Assembly (NCBI GenBank): GCA_963708295.1
Contig: CAVPSJ010000005.1
Location: 108,356-172,355, forward strand
Length of the DNA: 64,000 nt
Direction of reading: 5' to 3'
DNA from: an uncultured delta proteobacterium
GTDB lineage: Bacteria > Desulfobacterota > BSN033 > UBA1163
Of this stretch, positions 13,185 through 24,234 are shown in pieces. Within the stretch, counting starts at the first letter, position 1. Each line of letters opens with the position of its first letter. A program made the translations under genes and the position numbers. The notes under the pieces are model-generated. The model was given only the letters and a program-made list of their open reading frames with translations, searched no databases and was not told the origin of the DNA.

Positions 13185-13283
13185 AAGCAACCTCTTCGAC
13201 TCCCCGGTCTGAAACCCGGGGTATGTTCTGGGTTGATGCTGAGCGTTCCTTTTTACCCCCTCTCCCCATCCCTCTCCCCAGTG

Positions 13284-13511
13284 GAGGCTGTGTCGCAATA
13301 TGGAAATACGGCTTTTCGCAAAAGGGGAGAGGCGGTCGGGTGGAAAAGATTTAGAGCGGCAACCTTTAACCGTTTGGATTCAGGGTCGCCAACCATATGA
13401 AGACATTCGATTTTGAGCCAATGATCCTTTCCCATACCTAAAAGACCCGCATTCTAAAACTTTGGAACCCGACTACCTCTCCCCTCGGACGTTCCATTGC
13501 GACACAGTCTC
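13284..13511. mobile_element. 228-bp MITE inserted in the loop of a REP hairpin
   Basis: TIRs GAGGCTGTGTCGCAAT / ATTGCGACACAGTCTC, longer imperfect internal IR, GTG duplicated on both sides. Confidence 0.8.
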
Positions 13512-13536
13512 GTGGGGAGAGGGGAAGGGTGAGGGG

Positions 13537-14292
13537 ATGGTCTTCATCGGGACGAGCGGTTACAATTATCCCCATTGGTGGAACGGGACCTTCTATCCTT
13601 CTGATCTTCCGCAGAAAAGGTGGCTTGAGTTTTACGCCGAATACTTCAACACGGTAGAGCTCAATGTTTCCTTTTATCGCCTTCCCAGGAAAGAAGTTTT
13701 TCAAGGCTGGTATAAACGAACGCCGAAAGAATTTGTCTTTTCTCTGAAAGGAAGCCGGTTCATCACCCACCTCAAGCGACTAAAGGATTGCAGGGAACCG
13801 GTTTCTCTTTTCTTCGACCATGCATCGCCCTTAAAAGAGAAATTGGGTACGGTCCTCTGGCAGCTTCCCCCACGGTTCAAGTTTCAGAAGGAGAGACTGG
13901 AGGAATTCTGTGTCCTTCTGACCACCCTCCCCCGTTCCAAACACCATCGCCATGCCTTCGAGTTCAGGGATGAATCCTGGTTCTGCCCCGAGGCCTTTCG
14001 GGTGCTGGATGACTTTCATTTTGCCTTTTGCCTGGCCCATGGGTCAGGCCTCCCTTCCATAAAAAGAGCAACCTCTGATTTCATTTATGTCCGCCTCCAC
14101 GGCGGGGAGGTGCTCTACGGCTCCAATTATTCGGACAGGGAATTGAAACAGTGGGCAGGAAAAATCCAGGCGTGGAGAAAAAAGGATAAGACCGCGTTTG
14201 TCTATTTCAACAATGATGCCTATGGTTTTGCCGTCAAGAACGCCCTGGCCCTGAAAAAGTGGATGTCCCGGGATCGAATCATCCCGTATTGA
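13537..14292 (+). CDS. DUF72 domain protein
   Basis: IGTSG, TVELNVSFY, ITHLKRL, LWQLPP, AFEFRD, YVRLHG, YFNND. Confidence 0.92.
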   Translation: MVFIGTSGYNYPHWWNGTFYPSDLPQKRWLEFYAEYFNTVELNVSFYRLPRKEVFQGWYKRTPKEFVFSLKGSRFITHLKRLKDCREPVSLFFDHASPLKEKLGTVLWQLPPRFKFQKERLEEFCVLLTTLPRSKHHRHAFEFRDESWFCPEAFRVLDDFHFAFCLAHGSGLPSIKRATSDFIYVRLHGGEVLYGSNYSDRELKQWAGKIQAWRKKDKTAFVYFNNDAYGFAVKNALALKKWMSRDRIIPY

Positions 14293-14386
14293 AGCTCTCC
14301 GCCCTAAAAGGCGGACTTTCGGGGCACGTTCCGGCCACGCCTCCTCGGTTTTCCATGGCCGATTTGCAGCCCCTCTCCCCGGTCGC

Positions 14387-15118
14387 TCAGGCAGGATAGA
14401 GTTTCTCTGCTAATTGCCTTCCGGTGACGGTCCGAAACACCTTCCCGATCACTCCCCCGACTTTTTCCCGGTCTTTTGAAATCCCTTCTTCTTCCATATT
14501 GACCAGTCCATCCGCCTCATACAGAATCTGAAAGTTCAATGTCTCTTCTTCCCTTGGGCTGTGATGATGGCCGATGATATCGCAAATTTCGTCAATCATT
14601 TCTTTCTGGACATTCAGTCTTCCCAAAATCTCCCTGGCCACGGCAGGTCCCTCGAGTTCCTGGTAATGGCCTGAGGAGCTCCCGTGTTTTCTCTCCGCCT
14701 CATGGATCCCAATATCATGAAGATAGGCGGCCCCCATCACGACCAGAGGGTTTCCCCCCTCCATCTTTAAGATCTGTTCCGCAAACCGGGCAACTTTGAT
14801 GGCGTGATGGACCCGTTTGAAATCCGTTCCGAAATATTTTTTCATTTCGAGTGCAATTCTTTCTCTTAATGAATCCCTCTGTTCCGCTTTTTGTCTTTCC
14901 TTCGCCTCTTCGGGTACGGCACCCACACATTGTTCGGCATAAGGGCACCACTGGGCACAACCAAAATCCAATCGGGGATTGACGATTTCGTGCCCGCAGC
15001 GGCACTTACGCCTCACCTCGTCTCTGAAGAACTCCACCGTTCCCCCGCATTTGGGACATGGGGTATCAAAAATGTCCCCCGGTTTCCAAAACCTCATATC
15101 CTGCCCTGGACACTTCAT
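14387..15118 (-). CDS. HD-domain phosphohydrolase with Cys-rich N-terminal domain
   Basis: MKCPGQD...CPKC...CRC...CAQWC; H..., LHDIG, HHH, EAD motifs. Confidence 0.85.
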   Translation of the reverse strand: MKCPGQDMRFWKPGDIFDTPCPKCGGTVEFFRDEVRRKCRCGHEIVNPRLDFGCAQWCPYAEQCVGAVPEEAKERQKAEQRDSLRERIALEMKKYFGTDFKRVHHAIKVARFAEQILKMEGGNPLVVMGAAYLHDIGIHEAERKHGSSSGHYQELEGPAVAREILGRLNVQKEMIDEICDIIGHHHSPREEETLNFQILYEADGLVNMEEEGISKDREKVGGVIGKVFRTVTGRQLAEKLYPA

Positions 15119-15475
15119 GTTTTTTCTCCTCCTAACCCTATTATTCCACCCCATATTAGAGATTTCATTGACTTATGTCAAAACGCTAAGATTCTCCATG
15201 TCGGAAGAGGAAATCGTTTTTAAACTGAAAAGGATCACTTAACATTATGATATTACTTATGAAAATAATGAGTTCCGGTTGCAAGGGTGGACTTTAAGAC
15301 CCGAATTCTAAGAGTGATACCGAGATCCAGAAACAAGTTTGGGATGGCAAAAGGAAGAGGATCGATCCATCATGAGTTTTTCTCTTGCAAATTGCCAAAT
15401 CATATGTTAACTGAATTTAATTGGCCTATTTCTGTGTCCTAAAGGAGGAAAAATGCAAGAGAAGGGGAGGAATCG

Positions 15476-16273
15476 ATGTCTTCGGTAACGATGAAAGAGC
15501 TTCTGGAGGCCGGGGTTCATTTCGGCCACGAGACGAAACGGTGGGATCCCAAAATGAAACCTTATATTTTTGGGGCGAGGAATGGAATTTATATCATTGA
15601 CCTTCAGAAGACGGTCCAGCTCTTCAAGGAAGCTTATCAATTCGTCCGGGATATCGCGGCCAAAGGAGAATACATCCTTTTTGTCGGGACAAAAAAGCAG
15701 GCCCAGGAAACGATCTCCGACCAGGCCACGCGTTCCGGAATGTTTTATGTGAATCACCGCTGGCTGGGAGGGATGCTGACGAATTTCCAGACCATTAAAC
15801 GATCCATTGACCGATTGAATAAGCTGGAAGCGATGAAGAATGAAGAAATTTACACCCTCCTCCCGAAAAAAGAGGTCCTGGAACTGGAAAAAGAGAGAAG
15901 TAAGCTGGAAAGATCCCTGGGAGGCATCAAGAATATGGATCGCCTCCCCGGAACCATCTTCATCGTCGATCCCAAGAAAGAAAAGATTGCCGTGAGGGAA
16001 GCCCGGAAAATTGGCATCCCCTCCATCGGCATCGTCGATACCAATTGTAATCCCGAAGAACTGGATTACATCATCCCCGGAAATGACGATGCCATCCGCG
16101 CCATCCAACTTTTTGCGACGAAAATTGCGGATGCGGCCATTGAGGGAAAACAGCTTTACGAAAAAGAACTCCAGAGGGAGAGCGCCAAAGAAGAAAAAGA
16201 GAGAGCAGAAAAAATCGAGCCTCCCAAAGAAATACAGCTGGAAGAAGCGGCCGTAGAAACAGAGGAGGGATAG
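15476..16273 (+). CDS. rpsB: 30S ribosomal protein S2
   Basis: [31 protein letters not shown]. Confidence 0.99.
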   Translation: MSSVTMKELLEAGVHFGHETKRWDPKMKPYIFGARNGIYIIDLQKTVQLFKEAYQFVRDIAAKGEYILFVGTKKQAQETISDQATRSGMFYVNHRWLGGMLTNFQTIKRSIDRLNKLEAMKNEEIYTLLPKKEVLELEKERSKLERSLGGIKNMDRLPGTIFIVDPKKEKIAVREARKIGIPSIGIVDTNCNPEELDYIIPGNDDAIRAIQLFATKIADAAIEGKQLYEKELQRESAKEEKERAEKIEPPKEIQLEEAAVETEEG

Positions 16274-16279
16274 AATCGG

Positions 16280-17757
<1,478 letters not shown>

Positions 17758-17760
17758 ACC

Positions 17761-18321
17761 ATGGATGAGAAGACCTATACCGAAGCCGTCTCCAGGATGG
17801 AAAAAACCCTTTCTTCCCTCAAGACCGATTTAAATAAGATCCGGACGGGAAGAGCTTCCCTGGCCCTCTTCGACGATATCCGCCTGGATTACTACGGGAC
17901 ACCGACCCCGCTGAACCAGATGGCAACCTTGTCCGTCCCTGAACCCAGGCTGATCACCATCCAACCCTGGGATACCACCGTCATCGGTGGAATTGAAAAG
18001 GCCATTCTCAAGTCGGAGCTCGGGGTCACGCCGGTGAGCGACGGGAAAATCATCCGCATCAACATCCCGCGACTGACGGAAGAACGACGGAAGGAACTGG
18101 TCAAGGTGGTCAGAAAGATGGCCGAGGGAGCAAAAGTGGCGGTCCGAAACATCCGGAGAGAGGCAAATGACCAGTTGAAGGGGTTGGAGAAGAATAAGAA
18201 GATTTCTCAGGACGAGCTTCACCAATCGATGGATAGGGTGCAAAAATCGACGGATCAGTTCATCGAAAAAGTCGACAGTGTTCTTGCCGCGAAGGAAAAA
18301 GAAATCTTGGAAATTTCTTGA
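17761..18321 (+). CDS. frr: ribosome recycling factor
   Basis: [27 protein letters not shown]. Confidence 0.98.
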   Translation: MDEKTYTEAVSRMEKTLSSLKTDLNKIRTGRASLALFDDIRLDYYGTPTPLNQMATLSVPEPRLITIQPWDTTVIGGIEKAILKSELGVTPVSDGKIIRINIPRLTEERRKELVKVVRKMAEGAKVAVRNIRREANDQLKGLEKNKKISQDELHQSMDRVQKSTDQFIEKVDSVLAAKEKEILEIS

Positions 18322-18327
18322 TACGCT

Positions 18328-18486
18328 AAACCCCGTTAGAAAGTCTTCTACTTTTTAACGGGAAGGCTCACACGGGGCGTCAAACCCTGTGTCCGCCCCG
18401 CTTAGAGATAAATCTCTAATGGGGTTCGCTGAAAAAGGAGTGGTTTTGACCCCCGCTGCAAGCAGCGGGGCTTTCTAACAGGGTAA
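18328..18486. repeat. REP-like palindrome cluster
   Basis: AACCCCGTTAGAAA...TTTTAACGGG, CCCCGCTGCAAGCAGCGGGG, TTTCTAACAGGGT. Confidence 0.6.
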
Positions 18487-18500
18487 AGGGGGTGATGCCA

Positions 18501-18668
18501 GTGGCTTATGTCATTACGGAAGAATGTGTGGCTTGCGGGACCTGTGCAGAGGAATGTCCTGCGGAAGCCATTGAAGAAGGGGAGCCTTATGTGATCAACG
18601 ACGAGAAATGTACCGAATGCGGAAGTTGCTTTGAGGCATGCCCTGTCGAAGCGATCGTTGAAAAATGA
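18501..18668 (+). CDS. 2[4Fe-4S] ferredoxin, 55 aa (absent from ORF track)
   Basis: Manual translation [55 protein letters not shown] shows two CxxCxxCxxxCP motifs; SD GGGGGTGA. Confidence 0.95.
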   Translation: MAYVITEECVACGTCAEECPAEAIEEGEPYVINDEKCTECGSCFEACPVEAIVEK

Positions 18669-18857
18669 CACCGAAGGGGGAGAGGGCTCTCTCGGGGCCT
18701 CTTCCCTTCCTTCCTGAAATCTTCTCTTTCGACCCATCGTTCTCCCCGAATCTTGGATTGAAAATGAATATCTAATATGCTAACTTTAAAAAAGTTATTG
18801 ACCCAGGAATACTTCTTCAAGAAAATTCTTGTTTCGGCCCGGAAGGGCTTGTAAACC

Positions 18858-19601
18858 ATGGAAGAGATCGATCGAGAAAACCTGCCCCATCATATCGCGA
18901 TCATCATGGACGGGAATGGTCGCTGGGCCAAGAAAAAGCTTCTCAACCGGATCAGCGGCCACATCAAAGGAGTCAATCCCGTCCGGGAGGTCGTCACGGC
19001 TTGCCGGGAACTGGGGATCAAGGTGCTCACCCTCTATGCCTTCTCCATCGAGAATTGGAAAAGGCCCGCAGAGGAAGTGCACGCCCTGATGGAATTGCTG
19101 AAGGAATATCTTCAGAAAGAATGCACGGAAATGGTCCAGAACAATATCCGGCTCAACGCCATCGGTCGCATCGAGGATCTCCCTCCGGATGTCCAGAGGG
19201 TCCTGCACGAGACGAAGAGAAAGACCCAACATTGTGACGGGATGATTCTCAATTTAGCTTTGAGTTACGGCGGCCGTTCCGAGATTCTCCACGCGGTCCA
19301 GGGAGTGGTCTCGGATCTCCAGCAGGGGAAGGTCAAACCGGAGGAGATCACGATTCAACGTTTCTCTCAATATCTCTGGACCCGCGGGATACCCGACCCG
19401 GACCTTCTCATCCGGACCAGCGGCGAATTTCGTATTTCGAACTTCCTCCTTTGGCAAATTGCCTACACTGAATTGTACGTCACCGACACCCTATGGCCGG
19501 ATTTTGACCGAGAAGAGCTCTTAAAGGCCATCAGGGATTATCAATCCAGAGAAAGAAGATTCGGTCTGACCAGCGAACAATTGAACGGAAAAGAAGAATA
19601 A
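18858..19601 (+). CDS. uppS: undecaprenyl diphosphate synthase
   Basis: IMDGNGRWA, YAFSIENWKRP, IRTSGEFRISNFLLWQ. Confidence 0.98.
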   Translation: MEEIDRENLPHHIAIIMDGNGRWAKKKLLNRISGHIKGVNPVREVVTACRELGIKVLTLYAFSIENWKRPAEEVHALMELLKEYLQKECTEMVQNNIRLNAIGRIEDLPPDVQRVLHETKRKTQHCDGMILNLALSYGGRSEILHAVQGVVSDLQQGKVKPEEITIQRFSQYLWTRGIPDPDLLIRTSGEFRISNFLLWQIAYTELYVTDTLWPDFDREELLKAIRDYQSRERRFGLTSEQLNGKEE

Positions 19602-19763
19602 TTGAATTGCAGATCGCAGATTTCAAATCGCAAATTGGAAGAGGCATTGAGAATCGGAGACTGCAAACTTAGAGTGATTTGAGCCTCTTTTTCAGTCTGA
19701 AATCTGAGATATCTTTTTCAATCTGAAATCTTAAATCTGAAATTTGAAATTTGACGAGGGGGT

Positions 19764-20582
19764 ATGGGCAAAATAGAAAAGAGGAAGGTATGGGTGGGAT
19801 TAGGCATGATTCCTCCGATCATCTTTCTGATCGCCGTGGGACCTCCCGCAGTGCTCCACCTCATGGTGCTTCTGGCCACTTTCCTCGGACTCCGAGAGTA
19901 TTACCACCTTGCTCTTCCTCACTCCAAATGGTTTGAACGGGCGGTGGGAATAGGACTGGGATTGATTCTTTCCCTCCTCCTCTCCTCCGGAGGCATAAAA
20001 GAAATCTCTCCATTCTTGGTCATCATCCTTCTTGTCCTTGCCGTCTTTTTCATGGCTAACGCGCAGGACCTTTCATCGACCATCTCAAAAATGGGGATCG
20101 CTCTCTTCGGAATTCTCTTCATCGGGTTTCTTCTTGCCTATGTCTCGCTCGTTCGAAACATGCCCCATGGAAGGGTATGGGTTCTCTTTCTCATCATTAC
20201 GGTCTGGGCGGGGGACATCTTTGCCCTGTTCAGCGGCTCCTTCCTCGGGAGGCACAAGCTCTATCCGAGGATCAGCCCGAACAAAACTTTTGAAGGCCTG
20301 GCAGGAGCGATGGTCGGATCGATCATCGTGGCGCTCGTTTTCTCCTGGTTCTTCATCCCAAATTTGGGAACGGGACCTTGCGCTCTTTTCGCCATCGGCC
20401 TGGCGATTTTTGGTCAACTGGGAGATTTTACGGAGTCGATGCTGAAACGGAGCGCCCAGGTCAAGGATTCAGGGACCCTGTTTCCAGGCCACGGAGGCAT
20501 GCTGGATCGGCTGGACAGTTTCCTCTTTTCTGCCCCTTTCCTTCACTACAGTCTCCTCTATCTTCTGAAGGAGACCCCATGA
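19764..20582 (+). CDS. cdsA: phosphatidate cytidylyltransferase
   Basis: SPNKTFEG, GDFTESMLKR, KDSG, PGHGGMLDRLDS. Confidence 0.97.
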   Translation: MGKIEKRKVWVGLGMIPPIIFLIAVGPPAVLHLMVLLATFLGLREYYHLALPHSKWFERAVGIGLGLILSLLLSSGGIKEISPFLVIILLVLAVFFMANAQDLSSTISKMGIALFGILFIGFLLAYVSLVRNMPHGRVWVLFLIITVWAGDIFALFSGSFLGRHKLYPRISPNKTFEGLAGAMVGSIIVALVFSWFFIPNLGTGPCALFAIGLAIFGQLGDFTESMLKRSAQVKDSGTLFPGHGGMLDRLDSFLFSAPFLHYSLLYLLKETP

Positions 20583-21742
20583 AGCGTTTGTCCATCCTGG
20601 GCTCAACTGGCTCTATCGGTGTCAACACGCTCCATATCGTCAGTCAATTCCCCGAACGATTTGAGGTGATCAGCTTATCCGCCGGCCGCAATTCCAAGCT
20701 TCTGAAACAGCAAATCCTTCAGTTTCGACCGAAGATCGTCTCAGTTCTCAATAAAGAATTATCAGAGACCCTCCGAAGTGAACTCTCTCACGTCCCGGTT
20801 GAAATCGTCCATGGGGTAGAGGGACTGATTCAGGTCGCCACCCATCCGGAGGTAGATCAGGTCGTTTCGGCCATTGTCGGCGCCGTCGGCCTCATCCCTA
20901 CCCTCGCCGCGATCAAGACTGGAAAACCCATTGCTCTGGCCAACAAAGAGACCCTGGTCATGGCAGGGAAAATTGTCATGGAAGAGGCGAAACAGAATCG
21001 TGTTCAAATTCTTCCCGTGGACAGCGAACACAGTGCTATCTTCCAGGCGTTGCTTGGCCACCGGAAAGAGGATATCCACCGGCTCATCCTGACGGCCTCG
21101 GGGGGGCCTTTCCTCAACCTCCCTCCCTCCCGGCTTCAGGAAGTCACGGTAAAAGAGGCGCTCCATCATCCCCGGTGGGAAATGGGGAAAAAGATCACCA
21201 TTGACTCGGCCTCGCTGATGAACAAGGGGTTGGAGGTCATCGAGGCTCATTGGCTTTTTGACATCCCGATTGAAAGGATCGGTATTCTCATCCACCCCCA
21301 GAGCGTCGTTCACTCCATGGTCGAATATGTCGATGGTTCCATGGTCGCCCAAATGGGGATACCCGACATGAGAATTCCGATCTCTTACGCCCTTTCCTTT
21401 CCCGAACGACTTCCTCTGGACTTACCCCGTCTCGATCTCTCAAGAAACGGAGCTCTCAACTTCTCCGAACCTGACCTGGAAAGATTCCCCTGCCTCAAAT
21501 TGGCCTACCAGGCCCTCCGGACCGGTGAAACCATGCCCGCTGTCCTGAATGCAGCCAACGAGATAGCGGTGAATGCATTCCTGGAGGGATCGCTCAAATT
21601 TACGGAAATCCCTCTGTGTCTTCAGAGGGTGATGGGGGAACACGAGGTGAAAACGGTTCACACCGTCGAAGATATACTGAAAGCAGACCACTGGGCCAGA
21701 GAGAGGTCGAAGGCCATTTTAGAAAGGGGTAGAGCGTGTTAA
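20579..21742 (+). CDS. dxr: 1-deoxy-D-xylulose 5-phosphate reductoisomerase
   Basis: LGSTGSIG, LANKE, PVDSEH, TASGG, MGKKITIDSA, NKGLE; ATGA overlap with cdsA. Confidence 0.98.
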   Translation: MKRLSILGSTGSIGVNTLHIVSQFPERFEVISLSAGRNSKLLKQQILQFRPKIVSVLNKELSETLRSELSHVPVEIVHGVEGLIQVATHPEVDQVVSAIVGAVGLIPTLAAIKTGKPIALANKETLVMAGKIVMEEAKQNRVQILPVDSEHSAIFQALLGHRKEDIHRLILTASGGPFLNLPPSRLQEVTVKEALHHPRWEMGKKITIDSASLMNKGLEVIEAHWLFDIPIERIGILIHPQSVVHSMVEYVDGSMVAQMGIPDMRIPISYALSFPERLPLDLPRLDLSRNGALNFSEPDLERFPCLKLAYQALRTGETMPAVLNAANEIAVNAFLEGSLKFTEIPLCLQRVMGEHEVKTVHTVEDILKADHWARERSKAILERGRAC

Positions 21743-22830
21743 TAACCATCGTTTCAACCGTGATCGTGTTAGGAATTCTGATATTTGTCCACGAATTGGG
21801 CCACTTTCTCTTAGCCAAGAAAATGGGCGTAAAAGTGTTAAAGTTCTCGTTGGGCTTTGGACCCAAACTGATTGGGAAAAAGGTAGGTGAAACAGAATAT
21901 CAAATTGCAGTTTTCCCGTTGGGCGGATTTGTCAAACCCTTGGGAGAGGATCCCAATGAGGACGTGAAGGCGGAAGAGTATCCCCGCTCTTTTTGGGCGC
22001 AGCGGGTCTGGAAACGTGCCCTCATCATCGCGGCAGGTCCCTTCTTTAATTTTTTTCTTGCCACCGTCCTCTTCTCCAGTGTCAACCTCATTGCGGGCAT
22101 TCCCTCCCTTCCTTCAGTCCCACCTCGGGTCGAAGAAGTGAGCCCCGGCTACCCGGCGGAAGAAGCCGGTCTCAAAAAAGGGGACCTCATTCTTTCCATC
22201 GATGGGAAAGAGATCTCATCCTGGGAGGAATTACAGCAGATCGTCACCAATAGTCATGGGAAAGAGCTCTCCTTGAAGGTGAAGCGTAACGAAGAGACCG
22301 TTCCGATCAACGTCATCCCCAAACCCTTTACAGAAAAAAACCTTTTCGGAGAAGAAACCCGGACCTTCAAAATAGGGGTAACCCATGCTCCTGTCAACGT
22401 CGTCTACAAAAGAGTAGGCCCCTTGGTCGCTTTGGGAAACGGGTTTGCTCAAACCTGGGAGGTCATCGAATTAACGGTCACCGGAATTATAAAGCTGATC
22501 CAGAGGGTCATTCCGGCGAAGGAAATCGGCAGCCCTATTATGATCGCCAAATTGGCCGGAGAGCAGGCCCGGAGGGGGCTCTTGAGCCTGGCCGTCTTTA
22601 CGGCCATCATCAGCATCAACCTCGGAGTGATCAACCTTTTTCCCATTCCCATCCTCGACGGAGGCCATCTCTTCTTTCTCGTATTAGAAGCCATTTTACG
22701 AAAGCCTGTGAGTCTACGGAAGATGGAGATCGCCCAGCAGATCGGCCTCATCTTCATCATCCTCTTGATGCTCTTTGCCATCCGGAATGATCTGGTTCGT
22801 TATTTCTTCCCGGGAGGGTTTAAATTCTGA
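21736..22830 (+). CDS. rseP: RIP metalloprotease RseP
   Basis: HELGH, PLGGFV, AGPFFN, PDZ domain, NLFPIPILDGGH. Confidence 0.96.
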   Translation: MLITIVSTVIVLGILIFVHELGHFLLAKKMGVKVLKFSLGFGPKLIGKKVGETEYQIAVFPLGGFVKPLGEDPNEDVKAEEYPRSFWAQRVWKRALIIAAGPFFNFFLATVLFSSVNLIAGIPSLPSVPPRVEEVSPGYPAEEAGLKKGDLILSIDGKEISSWEELQQIVTNSHGKELSLKVKRNEETVPINVIPKPFTEKNLFGEETRTFKIGVTHAPVNVVYKRVGPLVALGNGFAQTWEVIELTVTGIIKLIQRVIPAKEIGSPIMIAKLAGEQARRGLLSLAVFTAIISINLGVINLFPIPILDGGHLFFLVLEAILRKPVSLRKMEIAQQIGLIFIILLMLFAIRNDLVRYFFPGGFKF

Positions 22831-23525
22831 AAGTCCTTGGGATCGATACCTCGACATCGTGCGGGGCTGTGGGATTGATTGATGATGGAGAAGTCCTCTC
22901 CGATACCCTTCTCCATATTCCGGTCACTCATTCTGAAACGCTCCTTGGCGCAATTGAGTTTGTCCTCAGGGAAGCTCGTTGCTCTATCGACGACGTCGAT
23001 GGATGGGCCCTCTCTCTCGGCCCGGGCTCCTTTACGGGATTGAGAATCGGCGTGAGCACCGTGAAGGGCCTGGCCTTTGCTACCGGAAAACCTGTCGCGG
23101 GCGTGGCCACCCTTGACGTCTTGGCTTCTCAAGTTTCACCCACCTCTTACCTCATCTGCCCGATCCTCGACGCCAGAAGAAAGGAGGTCTACTCCGCTTT
23201 CTATCGTTATAAGGACAGAAGTTTTCTGGAACGACAAACCGATGATCAAGCCCTTCGACCCGAAGACCTCGCCAGGAAGATCACGGAACAGACGATTCTC
23301 ATCGGTGACGGAGTGAAAACTTACAAAGACTTCCTCCTTCGCTCTCTCCCCTCTCTGGCCATCTTCCCGGCTGCTCCCCTCCATTTCCCTCATGGCTCCG
23401 TAGTGGCAACATTGGGGTTCGAACTCCTTAAAAAGGGGGAGCATCTGGATGTTTCAGCGTTCTCCCCTATTTATATCCGGCCCTCAGAAGCTGAAGTGAA
23501 ATGGCGGGAAACCCATCCGGATTGA
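22827..23525 (+). CDS. tsaB: tRNA threonylcarbamoyladenosine biosynthesis protein TsaB
   Basis: KVLGIDTST, HSE, GPGSFTGLRIG, DARRKEVY; apparent CTG start at 22827. Confidence 0.93.
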   Translation: MKVLGIDTSTSCGAVGLIDDGEVLSDTLLHIPVTHSETLLGAIEFVLREARCSIDDVDGWALSLGPGSFTGLRIGVSTVKGLAFATGKPVAGVATLDVLASQVSPTSYLICPILDARRKEVYSAFYRYKDRSFLERQTDDQALRPEDLARKITEQTILIGDGVKTYKDFLLRSLPSLAIFPAAPLHFPHGSVVATLGFELLKKGEHLDVSAFSPIYIRPSEAEVKWRETHPD

Positions 23526-23560
23526 CCCATTCGGCGACGCCGAGTCCCCCAGCAAATCCG

Positions 23561-23611
23561 TAACCCCCCTTCCATCCCCCCTTATATTAAGGGGGGAATA
23601 GAGGGGGGTTA
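23561..23611. repeat. REP-like hairpin
   Basis: TAACCCCCCT...CCCCCCTTA-TAT-TAAGGGGGG...AGGGGGGTTA. Confidence 0.75.
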
Positions 23612-23794
23612 TGTTTTGGAATTGGTTGATCAGATTGACCGGATTCCTGAAAAAAGGTCCTGCCATCGCTCAGGACACCGAGGGCCGAACACCCTGCAAC
23701 CCCCAATCATGGCCGCATTCTAAAGGCCCTCTGTGTCGATAACCATTCTGTCTACTGAAGAAAAACTGAGGGTAGGCAAGGAGGATCAGGACAG

Positions 23795-23823
23795 TTGACA
23801 AAAAGAGTGGATTATATTAACTT
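23795..23823 (+). promoter_or_regulatory. sigma70-type promoter upstream of DUF465-ilvBN
   Basis: TTGACA-17 nt-TAACTT. Confidence 0.6.
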
Positions 23824-23867
23824 TTTTTGTTAAATTATCTTATATTACAATTATATTGGGGACGGAT

Positions 23868-24086
23868 ATGGCGACAAGAGAAGAAGAACTGGTTGAAAGG
23901 CTGATGAGGGAGAATGAAGAGTTTTCAAAAACCAAACAGGCCCACAGCCAGCTGGCAAAACAGCTGGACGAATTGGAAAAAAAACCTTTCCTCAGTCCCC
24001 AGGATGAGATGGAGATAAAAATCCTTAAGAAGAAAAAACTGGCATTGAAAGACCAGATGGAAAAGATTCTGGTGAAATGCCGCTGA
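23868..24086 (+). CDS. DUF465/YdcH-family small protein
   Basis: H..L...., LKKKKLALKDQM pattern; usual position upstream of ilvB. Confidence 0.8.
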   Translation: MATREEELVERLMRENEEFSKTKQAHSQLAKQLDELEKKPFLSPQDEMEIKILKKKKLALKDQMEKILVKCR

Positions 24087-24234
24087 TGCCGGAGTGTTGG
24101 AATGATGGAGTAATGGAGTGATGGACAAAAGAAACCGGAAAAATAATTGAATTTTTCTTCCCAACTAAATACGGTACTCCAATACTCCAGTACTCCAATA
24201 CTCCGGTATTCCGATAATCCAATCATTGACGAAG

